The notes beneath the pieces were generated by a model. It saw nothing but the letters and a program-made list of their open reading frames with translations, had not been told where the DNA came from and ran no database searches. From the NCBI GenBank assembly GCA_965637545.1, contig OZ281495.1, positions 24,676,001-24,740,000 on the forward strand: a stretch of DNA of 64,000 nucleotides, read 5' to 3'. Both the position numbers and the translations under genes were made by a program. Shown here piece after piece: positions 13,901 to 25,900 of the stretch; positions within the stretch are counted from its first letter, which is position 1, and the number at the start of each line of letters is the position of its first letter. Origin of the DNA: Phallusia mammillata. Lineage: Eukaryota.

Positions 13901-16900
13901 CTGCGCGTGGTGATGAGAACAACACTGCATCAACTGAAACCGAAACCACTCCGGCGCCTTCAGTGTCAACCAGTGCAGTCGTTGACTCAACAGCATCAGG
14001 GACTGTTTCAGTGAACCCAGTAGTGACCACAGCAAGTCCATCCACCGGAACTGGAACCACCGATGACCAGTTGCCAGGCGAAGTGACCATTCATTTTAGG
14101 TTCTTTGTTGGTGACCGGTCCGGGGCGGTTCATGTTGGCGATGAACAGACGATGGACTTGGAGAGAGAAGAAATTGACGTTCCGTTTAGCGTTTACGTGT
14201 ACAGCGGTGGATATCTGGGTCTTGCTCCTATTACTTTTATTCACGACGTCGAGATCTGGGTAAAGGGTGTGATGGACCATGTTCGTAACGTAACTGTTCG
14301 TCGCAACGGAACAGCCACTTTGCATTACGAGGGAAGGACGGCTGACACACGGAAAATTCATGATGGAGGTGAAAAATTGTTGTAGACATTTACATCCAAA
14401 ATATTTCTAGTAAGCTTAGTTGATAGATCTTCCCCAAATCTCCGTGTTTTGTAATATAGTACGCAGAATGTATACCAGTAAGATTTGATTAGTATTTAGT
14501 GAATAGTTAAACAGTTTTTATAGTCAAACAGTTTGTATTTTGTATCTCAAAAATGGACGGTTTTAGACCCCAAATGCTTGGCGTACAGTCGTACACATTC
14601 AACTACGCTATTTTGTCACATTTGGTAACACTTTTGTTTTCGTTTTGTGAAGGAGTCGCATTGAAAGACAAGGACCCGAAATCGACAAAGCCCACCGCCG
14701 TATACGTGTTCCAGCGTGTCCGTGTTCAGGACGATGGTTTGGTCCATTCGGTATCTGACCCGGTGACGCAGGCTGAGGGAGTCACCTTTTTCGCTCACAC
14801 AGTCGTTGTTGAGGGTGGCGGAGAATTCAGGGGCTCACGAATGCTTTTGGAAGTCTATAACGCCACGGTAAGAAGGAAATTTATTGTTTTCATCACTACG
14901 TTGATTGAAAATTTGAACTTATATTTGTTGATGCTATATTTGGACATTTGCTCTTTTGTATTGCGCTTGCGACCAAATAACTAAATGAATGCATTACATA
15001 ATTATTCACGTTCGAAACCTATTGTTGTTATCTGAATTGCATGGATTACCTAAATTTCTCTTTTCTTCAGACTAATTGGAACCGAACGTTTTCAAATACA
15101 CATTCAAACGTTTTGTTATAAATCAACATTTTGTTGCCAGATTGACTCGGGCGGGCTTCTAACCTCAACCGGGCTCGGTTATAGTGACAACCACGAATAC
15201 AGTGAAAACCAGATTATCAACATCGGAGCGCCCCCAGAACCCCAGCCTGACTTTAACATTGCTGGTGCTGGAGCAGGTCACGGCGGCAGCGGTGGTCGAG
15301 TTATTCGCCACGAAACCGAGATTGTCGTTTCGGAATCTGATATCTCTACCGCACCCAACTATCACCGCAGAGTCACAGTCAACATCATGAAAAGCGGTCT
15401 AGCACACGGTGATATGTACAAGCCAACCTCGTACGGTAGCACTGGTGGCAATGGAGTCAGCAGCAGTGCCAGCGGTGGGCGTGGTGGAGGCGTGATTCGC
15501 ATGATCGTTACCCATACGTTAGAAGTCGACGGTACAATAGCTTCGGATGGAGTGGCTTCAGAGACCGCGAATTCCGGCGCCGGAGGTGGTTCAGGTGGTT
15601 CGGTATGGATCCACTGTAACACCTTGTCTGGTTTTGGCCTCATTTCGACCAATGGAGGCGACGGTACCACTTCCTCTACAGTTGGAGGCGGAGGTGGCGG
15701 TGGCGGAAGAACAGCCATTTATTTTGTCAACAACCAGACCCTCTTCGGTTTCCAAGTGCAATCCAAAGGTGGAAGAGAAGGCGGCCTTGGTGGTCAATCA
15801 TCACCTACTGGCGAGAACGGTGGCGCCGGTACATCTCTTCTGTATCACATGGTCCACAAGCATAGGACCTTGTACATCGACAACGGTGGTCTCAAGGTAA
15901 GTCATTAGGTCGGCGATGAGTAATAGTTGTATCTCGCAACTCAGCTTCTTCGAAACAGGTTATATCCTTGAAGTAAACAGCGCAAGACAGCTTTTAGCAA
16001 AGTGGTGTTTTGTGATACCACTAAATTAAAACAGCTTCTGGAATAAAATCGTTGTTCAGATACAGACGTTTCATGATTTTCGGATTTTCGTTTTTGTGTT
16101 AAACCAATGATGGCAAAAATGTTTTAAAACTTCTTGCAATTTAATTTATTAAAGTTCCTTTAATTTTTATTATTATTTTTTGCTTACTTTTTATTTAGCC
16201 TTTATCAGCCTATACTTTCAACAAATTACAAATTACTTTTAATTCAACTTATCGTTTGAGTTCGTAGTACCGCACCTAAAACCACAAAGTATCAACAACC
16301 AACTATTACATAATGGACAAAGGGAATAAATTGTTCGTTATTTTAGCCTTTCGACCCGAACCATATCATTGGAGATCCCAACCCGGCTCCCAATAATCCG
16401 GAGGACCGAGTGACCAACGGAAGATCTATGGACGAGGAAGGCAGGGTTACGGAGGATGTTTCCACAGATGGATGTCGGACGTGGATTATTCCTCCTGCAG
16501 ATTTTATCGACGATCAAGATGGAGAAGCGAATGCAAGTGATGTTGAGATTGCGAGGAGGAATACAACTGATAACTCGATCATCTTCGATTACCGATTTGA
16601 AGAACTACAGGTGAAATATAGCATGGACGTATAGTGAACATTACTGATCGAAAGGTATTTTTCCGGAGATACTTGCGCCATGGGTCCTTTGCTTACGTGG
16701 TTGTATAATGCATTGTTTAACTTGTTCAGAAGTTTGCACTAATGATAGGAAGAGTGATTGCCAAAACGTTTGCAATGGTATGTATTTAATATATACAAGC
16801 TTTCTGGTAGTCTTGTTGCAGTACAGCATTGCAGCAATCTTAAAAAAATTACAATCGAAAATTCTGTCTAAAAAGACCTTGTCACGTGTGAATAAGAGTG

Positions 16901-19900
16901 TATAACTGTATTTTTTGGTTCAAATTAGTTGGTTCTCCAAGTGGGGGCCCTGGTGGTATTGAAATCAACATGATCTAATAGGGGGCCGTACTGAAAAAAA
17001 AGTAAGCTTACTATAATAAACACTTGTTAAAATTGCTCGGTACCCCATAAAGCACCCTGCTTAACCACTTTGCAACCTTTCAGATCTACGGCTTAGCACA
17101 CGTTGCAGTATCCACGATTCTCCTTCACAACACAAGCAGCAACTCAACGCAAGAGCTTGTCGCCAGCACCGCCAATTCGCCCGCAGAGGTTGATTTGCAT
17201 TTCTTGTTCATGATTGGTGACAGAACGGGAACTTTCCATTTGCGCAACAAGCAATCTCTCGACCTTAAGCGCAATGAAATCGACCTGCCCTTCAGTGTGA
17301 GAGCTTATACTGACTCTTTCTTGGGATTGGCTCCTCTCACATATATCCACGGCGTCACTGTATGGATGCACGGTTAGTGATGAGTATATGTTTTGAGGGT
17401 AGCGTTGATGTTTTGTAAATGTGTGCCAAAAGTGAGAAACGTTGTAACGCAAAACTTTGCCTAATGCAACACGCGGTAATAGCTGATCAAAGAAGAGATG
17501 ATTTTATTTGAATTTTAACAAAAGCTGCTGCAATCTTTTTGAAAATTTTGTTTGATTCATTAATGATTTTTACATTGGTTAAGTGGAGTGCTAATATTTG
17601 TCTTGAAATATGTCAAATTAATATTTAAAAATAAACAGGCAAGCCAGTATTTCGTGACATACGACATTTCAAACATCCTTTTGTCATTCTGAAATATAGG
17701 TCAAAACTTCATGTTTTTAACAAATATTCTGTCTTGTCTCAGAATTTTTAAAACCGTGAATCTTGTTTAGGAATTCTTGCTCATATCGTGCACCTTACAC
17801 TCCACCACTACGGTGTACTATCGATGGAAAGCGGAGGTCACACATACAGCGACCCTTACAACGTATTCCGGTAGGCGCACCACATCTTTTCTAAAGCATC
17901 AAAAACGCAATCTTACCATTTGCTTTTGTTCCCTAAAGCTTCGAGACTGTACGCATTCAAGACGACGCTGTAATATATGCCGTTACCTCACCCGAATTCA
18001 AAAATCCCCGCATGAACATTGACACCGTGGACTTGAAAATAGAAGGTGGTGGGAAACTGCACGGTACCATGACGACCGTGACGTCACAAAACGTCACAGT
18101 GGAGGACGGTGGCGCCGTAAGGGCAGACGGAACTGGATATTCCATTTTTGATCATTACAACGCCACTATGGGTAAGTTGGTGTTGTTTACGCTAAGGAAT
18201 GGCGAATCTGTCGTGGGAAGTTTTTAGAAAAACTTTGTTTTCTTGTTGTTGACGAAAGGCCAAGTGCGTTTTGTGACGCATGTTGGGTGGTGTTACCCCT
18301 TATGTGTTCTATATTTAAGTGTTTTGTAGCTAAAACTCTGTTTCTTGCAATATATTTTACGCGCCTGATCAAAACCATACCTTTTACAAAAACCTACTTA
18401 AGTTAGCAAACCTTTTTCATCCCTGATATTTTATTCAACCAATATTATATAGTATATAATAATATACCAATAAACGACGATTGTACTGTGTTTTTATGTA
18501 TATAAGCTCAGGAAATAATGTTCTTTATCTTCACTTTAATATCTAAGTTAAGTTATATATGTCGTTATAATTTGGTATAATAATTAGGATATTTCTATTT
18601 GTAAAAACATTTACGTTTTCCGAAATTTAAGTCTATGTCCAGTTATCCACTCGATTCATAATACCAATGTCTACAAACTTCTTATCAAACCCATTTTCAC
18701 AGGCGTTAATCTCGGTGTTGGTCATTCCCACGACTCAGGGTCATCTGGTGCCGGACACGGGGGCACTAGCGGTCAAGGGTCATCGCAGCGAAACACTGGG
18801 CAGCCTTACGGTGACATGTACGAGCCCACAAAGTTCGGCAGCGCAGGAGGAACTTCTAGTTATCGCGATTCGCAAAACCAACCGATTTACGTTCCCGGAG
18901 GTCGAGGTGGTGGAATCCTTTACATCAACGTTAGCGACACACTTTACATGGACGGGGAGATCACTGCTAGCGGTGACCCGCCACTGAAGGGCCACAATTC
19001 CGGTGGTGGATCTGGAGGCAGTATTCTCATTCACACAAACAGGTGGGCGTTTGGTGCTAAAGGTAACTGTAGGAAACTGATTTTTGCTGCACTTTTAACT
19101 TTGCGGATTTCTTAAATAATTTCACTAAAGACTTACAAAACAGCAGCTATTTACACTAATGTAAGAGTATAACTTTTGAAGCTATAATGGCTTTGAAGCT
19201 CCACTTTAGGTAAAAAGCACTTTTCAAAAATATGTGTTGTGGTAAACTGTAAAAGTGGTATGTTGATGGTTGTTTAAATTTGTCTAAATTTATCTTTAAC
19301 TACTTGAATTTTCGTAACACCGACTTCGTTGGAAAATGGTAAAATTCAAATATTTGAGAATTAATTCAGATTCTATTTGAATAATACTAACATACCTGAG
19401 GACAGGTTAACATATATTTACCGACCAACACCGTTTATCTTACATTTTACTTGAATCATTTTGCTTTCAAACAGAATGACTGGTTATGGTAAAGTGGGCA
19501 TCCACGGTGGTAGCGGAGCAGGAAATGGTGGTGCTGGTTCTGGTGGTCGTATCGGTGCCTATCTGCGCGACAACTCCACCTTCCTCGGTCGGTTCGTATC
19601 AAGCGGTGGTCCTGCGCCTGGCAGTGGAGAAGCTGGAGGCCCTGGTACAGCTTTCATCTATCACTCCACTCACCAACATAGAACTATTATCATCGACAAC
19701 GACGGTTTGGAGTCATCGATTGTCGGCGAAATTTCGTCATACGAAGGTAGCGTTGTCAAAATGTTGATATTATTATCGTTGCTGCCAGACATAATATCAA
19801 GTTTATAGAGCTTTTCTGGCTATTGTAGTTTTATTCCGACGTTTTGTCGTCCTATACAGGTCGCCTTCATCAGGGTAACTAACACTCCATGCGGAATAAA

Positions 19901-22900
19901 ACTACAATTGCCGGAAGAGCTCTATAAACTTGAACGGTTTTGTAATGTTTTGTTCTAAGTGAGAGGTTTTGAGGTTTAAACTGGTCAGCTTATATGAAAG
20001 AATCTCTTTCTATCGAGTTTCTATTTTGTACTACAGACACCTCGCAGGACAGTTTCAAGGCTTGGATAATGGCTGACGATCTTGGGCACGAATTAGCCCA
20101 ACGCCAACCCAACTTTGACCCGACACCAGATGGCGGTAGTGACCCCGCGGATGGTAGAATTGAACTGACTTTCGAAGAGTTGCAGATTTACGGAAATGCT
20201 CATCTGGCTGTGATGTTACCACAAAATGGCAACTTGTCACATGTGAATGCCAGCAAAGAGGAAATATACATGCATTTCAAAGATATGATCGGTGGGTATG
20301 GATTCCGAACTTGAAAAAAAGTCTACTACGAAAACTGCAGCTACACATATTAATGAATATTTTTTTTGAGAAAAATATACCCTTTTCCAATTAACATCAG
20401 CAGTTCCTTGTTTAAAAAGATGCTACATCCGTTTTCTACGCAAATATTAAAAGGAACTAAATGTTCTGATAAAAGTATTACTTCCTTATCCTACTAAACC
20501 ACTACAAGATTAATAAAACGTTAAACTTTTGGTAAAGCTGAGTCTTTGTTGGAATGAGTTTTTAGATACAAAGTAGCAAGTACAGTATTTAATTTGTTTG
20601 AAATTTGACGTCTTTATAGTTCCACTAATTTCTAAACTTCCATTTACCAACTGATTTTTAAACTCGTTTCGTGCAGGCGACAGAAGCGGTGTGATTCACA
20701 TTGGTGACCATCAGGACGTCGACCTCAAGCGTCACTCGATCGACACTCCCTTCAGCAGTTATGTGTACCAGGGTGGTCACCTCGGACTTGGAAGTTATAC
20801 GAGACTTGAGAATGTGTTCGTTCACTTGGAAGGCAACATGAGTCACGTTGAAGATTTACTGATGACCAGAAATGCCCGACTTCTCCTCTTTCTTACTGGT
20901 AGGTTTTTTGTTTGTTCACTGACTGCGTTTTTATCTGATTTGTCTTTGGAATGTGTGGGGCAAATATAAGTTATAGCTGTGCTTAAATTATTGCGGATCA
21001 AACAGTGATATTAGGGTTTAAAAAAATTGGAACCTGTTTCAAGGTTAAATCGCTTACATCAACCAGGTTCTTAATGATTGAAAACGTAATAATTTTGTCA
21101 GTGAAACATTTTACCCTGCTGAAATGATGTGATTACGTCAAAGACAATTCAAAGCGATTAAATTGCTTTCTTTATTTTGCTATACAGTACTCTTATGGTG
21201 CGTTGTTGGTCTACTACTTTTCGTAGTTTTAGTACTTATTAGTTTTATTATTAAAGAACTTATTATCATTTTACTTGAGATTTTGAACTTAACTCTGACA
21301 ATCGAATAGGTTCATTGATTAGATTGTAACTTCAGTGACGATATTACCAAAACCAAAATTACTACAAATGTAAATTGATGAAACCACCATGTCTTCTTAT
21401 AGGATCGGCGGCGCTCGCTGACGAACATACGTCACCAGCGACCTTCACTTTCCCGGCTGACGTCAGACTCAAAGATACATCAGAGATTATCGCTAACGGA
21501 CCACAATCTCACGAAACGCAATACACTCTGCTATCGAAAAAATCACTCACCGTGGACGGCGGAGCAGCCATCCGTGGGAAACATCTCTACGTCGAGGCTG
21601 TTGACGTCATTGTTGACGATGGTGGCTACGTCACAGTGAACAACGGTGGCTATAACAATCAAGAAGGCCCCGCCCCTGGTACGCCCCATTTCCTCGGCCA
21701 CAGTGGAGCTTCACATGGTGGTATGGGAGGCCGAGGTGGCTGTGAGGGATATCTGGCTTGTCGGTTGCCTCGCAATGCACCTTATGGATCCACGTTCCTG
21801 CCTGACACATTTGGAAGTGGAGGATACGGCTCTGCTGGTAAGTTGGCACAAGAAACGCCCTTTTTTGTACTTCAGTGAAAAACAATAAATTAAGTGTGGA
21901 CCACTTAAACTAAATTCCAATTTGGTGTTGTACTCGCCAAACTGTTTGTATTTTGTAATTAGGTTTTCTCCATTTAAAACATGAAAACAAAAACCTGGGC
22001 TGTTTGCTTTACTGAAGTAATTCTTTTCCAACTCCTAACAAACAAAGAAAATGATTTAGCCTGTCAGTCATAGTGATCCCTAATCATTGTAAGGTATTCC
22101 CGCTATGTGCAGTCAAACCTTGAGACCCAAAAGCTTCCAGTTGTAACCGGTACCCATTTTGCAAAGTGAAACCCAACCTTTGTCGTTATTTCAGGTGGCA
22201 TCGGCGGAGGTGTGTTAAAGATTCGTGCTCATAACCTGCTCCGTGTTGACGGAATAATTTCATCGGACAGTGTCGATGTTATGACGGGCAGCAGTGGATC
22301 AAGTGGAGGAAGTGGTGGAAGTGTTCTCGTTTATTGCAAAGTGTTGAGCGGAGCCTGGACCGGTTAGTGGATATTGTTTTAAGCTACTCCATGGTTCATA
22401 AACTCAAATTAACCTGCGTAAGGCTTTATAAGTTTCTAAGGCTTTATAAGTGGCTTTATAACTGATTTATGATAGTATGTTGCTCTACATGTTTGAAGTG
22501 GTAAAATGGAGTCACAAACCAATATTCATCAATTATTTGAGCCAAGGTTCAAGCAGTTTGGGAACTACTGTTCTAAGTGGTTTATTTAAAAACTTATCGA
22601 TAAAGTTTGGTGGTTGTCAACTTGGGACCGCAATCCTCCAAAAAGTTTTAAAAAGCAAACCCAACCCTCCATCGATGTCACATATTAAAGAAAATTGAAC
22701 ACATAGTTAAAAATTAAACTTAAGTGGTTTGATTTAAATCGCATTTACAGTCATGTGTTCCTGTTTGATTTTTGCTCACCCCCAATGCATCAAATTCTCA
22801 TTACAGATACAAAAACTGGTTCGAACAATTTTAAAAAAGTAAACTTTGAAATTTTAACGTGACCCCAACATTTTTGAAACGTGACCCCAACATTTTTTTG

Positions 22901-25900
22901 CTGAGTTTTAAATATTATCTTTAATTTGGTTTGTTTGAGATTTTTTAATAAATGCACGCTGGTCGATTTTTAAGTATGCACTCTAGTCAGAATTTACTTT
23001 ATACTCAGGACGAATCGAGGCACTTGGTGGCGCTGGTGATATGTCAGGTCATGGCGGTGGCGGCGCAGGTGGAAGAGTAGCAGTTTACCACCGATCCAAT
23101 GATTCCGATTTACCCTACCTTGGTCGCTTCCTCGCCTTCGGTGGCGCAGTTGGCAGTCAGGCAGAAGCTGGTGCAGCTGGAACAGCATATATTCTGCACG
23201 AAGGCAAGCAGCAACCAACTTTGCTGGTTGACAACGACGGGCAACACAGCTTGGATGGCTCTATGCACAATATTGGCCACAGGATCAACTTCAGTCCATC
23301 TTCTAATGTTGGAAAATCTAACAGTTTTAGCTCAGCTGAAGACGCAGATAGGCGGGTACAAACCTCGTCTGGTCCTTTCAATTCTAACCCAGCGTACCAC
23401 CATTGCTTGTACAATATCCTCTACGGCAACTCGGAGTACTATCGCCTCAGCAATATGTTCGATCAGACATTTTCCTCTTCACATTCTCGAATGTTCTTAG
23501 ACGCTGGAAGACACTACAACAGCAGGGGTGTAACCTCAATCACCCTAACCCTCGAAAAACCCTACATCATCAATAGGATCCGCGTTTCTCCATCATGCGA
23601 ATTTCCATCTAAGTTCCGCATAACGCTGAAGCACTCTGGGTCCGTTGAGCTTCCTGAATCTCGTTTTTACGGGCACTCTGGTAGTCAAGGTTACATCGAG
23701 CCTGCCAGTTCTTGTCAGCCTGGTTCGTACACCGATGTAGTGGTTGGTCATTTGCCTGCTACTTCTATTCTCATCGAAGTGGAAGGTCTCCGCCGTGTTT
23801 GCGATTATTATTACGCCTCGCTCTCTGAGATTGAGGTCTACGCTGATGGCGATGAAGAAACGGACCGATATATACACAGAGAATTGCAAGTACGTTGAAC
23901 TTGATAAGTAAAATAGAACTTTTGGGGTTATTTGGCCACGTACTTCTTGAATTGCGCCCTTTTTCCGTTGATAGACAATTAAAATGTCGATAAACTATTG
24001 GGTTTGTAACAAAATGGAAGCGAACGTTTTTCCTGAGATTTTGTTATCCTAAAATCTTTTTCTCACAGCATTTTCAGTTAAAATGAAATTATTGTTTGAA
24101 AAAGACGCTGTGTTTTGTATGTTGTGTTGAGAAACGTGATAATGCCATGTTGACAAAGGTTTTCTCCTAATAATATTTTGGGCTGATAAAGTTGAAGTTA
24201 CTGTTCAGTACCTATTTGTTGATGGACCATAAAATGCTGTACTTTAATTATTGAAGACTGCTAATCTGACAAAGTGATTATAGTTGTATTAACCAAATAT
24301 GTTTGTAAAGGGTGCTGCCACTTGGATTGAACCGAGCTACGAAAATTCGGTGAAGTACGATTTCTATGAAACCAATGTTCGTGGAGGCGGAAACCTTGCT
24401 GTGATGAGAGTTGAACCGGTCAGTTTGTTAAACTTTGACCAAACCCCTAAAACAAAACTTATGTAAAAAAATATCGCCTTACCTAATTGCAGAATAACGG
24501 AACTGAGCAGGCGCAGGCTGAGATGAACTTGGGTCATTTGAGAGGAGACTTTACAGGATTCGTGCAGATCGGTTACAAGCAAGCTTGGACAGTGGACACT
24601 GCTAGTATCGACATTCCGACAAGTTTCAACTTGTACGAAGGCTCCACTCTTGATCTGCCCAACACCACCTACTTCCATCAGGTACTGCTTTTTGTTTGTA
24701 CTGCTTAGTGTCGTTTAATGTCTTGTGTAGTAATATTTTTTGTAAATGTTTTTTTTTTTGATAAATGTTTCTGTTTAAACCAGTGGTTCCGAAACTGTGG
24801 GCCATGGCCCAGTACTAGGGCACCAAGACATTTTCAATGGGCCACAGAGCCATTTGAACTGATTCTACTGTTTTGTTATGCTGTAGATATTATGCACTTT
24901 GTTTTGAAAAACGTAATTTTTGCAAAGAATTCCGAATCTTGTAGCCAAATTTCAGGAGCATGTATCTCATTAAAATAAATTGCTAGAAACCATTTCGCCT
25001 GTTTTTGAGTTTTTTTTTGTTTGTGCCCAAATTTACAGCCCGTGGTGGGCAACGAATCGCTATTAAATAGACATTTGGGCCACAGACCAAAAAAGTTTGG
25101 GAACCCCTGGTTTAAACCATGTTTGCCTAATGAATATCTTTTGCTACGATTTAAAAACAAGTTTTTTGAATATTTTCTTTGCTAGTTTTAGTTAAGAGTT
25201 AAAAACAGTTTTTGTATTAAAAAATACTTTTACTTTTTGATAATTTTTATTTGATATTGTGGGGCCGGAATGTTACGGATAGTGTTGCTTGTGTTCTCAG
25301 ACGACTTCTTGCCTTTGGTGCGCTTGGCTCTGTGCAGAAAGTGTGCGTGTAATCAGCGCGCCTTTTTTAGTAGCAGTTTGTGTTAAGTTGTGTTATGGGA
25401 TGCAGAGTCAATGGCTATTAGTCTAACTGGGCTGGCTCCGTTAATTTTTTCATTTCCTCTGATTGCAGCACTTTTATCGGATGTCGCAGACATTTTTGTG
25501 TTCGCATGTTTTGCAACTTAACCAGTTATAAAAAAGTTGGTCAAATCCCGTTTATGTCACTCACACGAAACTTTTGAAAACTACACACATTAATCTGACA
25601 ATTTAACTCAATAGAATTATCTATTTTGTCATAGGTTACAAAAAATTAATGTTTTAAATTTGTTATTTTGTTGTAATTAAATATGATACATCGTTCATGC
25701 TGACTATCAGATTCGCGTTGCCCCGAAAAGAGCAGATTCCTACTGCTGTCAATGTTAACTTCAAATAAATTTTTACAGGTGGCTGTCACCTCACATGGCG
25801 GAACTGTAACTGGCATCAAAGACCTTCGTGTATTTAACGGCGGAAAGTTTTCGCTTCTATCCACTGCAAACCATAAGGCTGAACTCAACCCGTTGGAGAA

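Noticed and set aside
15141-15390. Apparent frameshift suggested by overlapping ORFs 15184-15390 and 15387-15908
   Set aside because: Base-by-base translation from the acceptor at 15141 is continuous and in frame with 15387; the other ORF is an off-frame artefact.
15362-15718. Minus-strand Pro-rich ORFs (also 2397-2600, 8972-9160, 26990-27184, 40315-40545, 44218-44436, 57221-57526)
   Set aside because: They are antisense shadows of GGN-rich exons (CCN = Pro) and coincide exactly with + strand exons; no independent gene structure.
19370-19384. 15/16 match to the Ciona-type spliced leader ATTCTATTTGAATAAG as I recall it (another 15/16 match at about 60946-60961)
   Set aside because: Neither is followed by a GT donor or Sm-site, both lie in very AT-rich intron sequence, and both are imperfect. 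Not an SL RNA gene; at most a chance or relic match.
25255-25510. GC-richer patch in intron 35, possible nested gene or retroelement fragment
   Set aside because: Only a short minus-strand frame (about 36 codons) with no recognisable motif, termini or TSD; cannot be assigned by eye.
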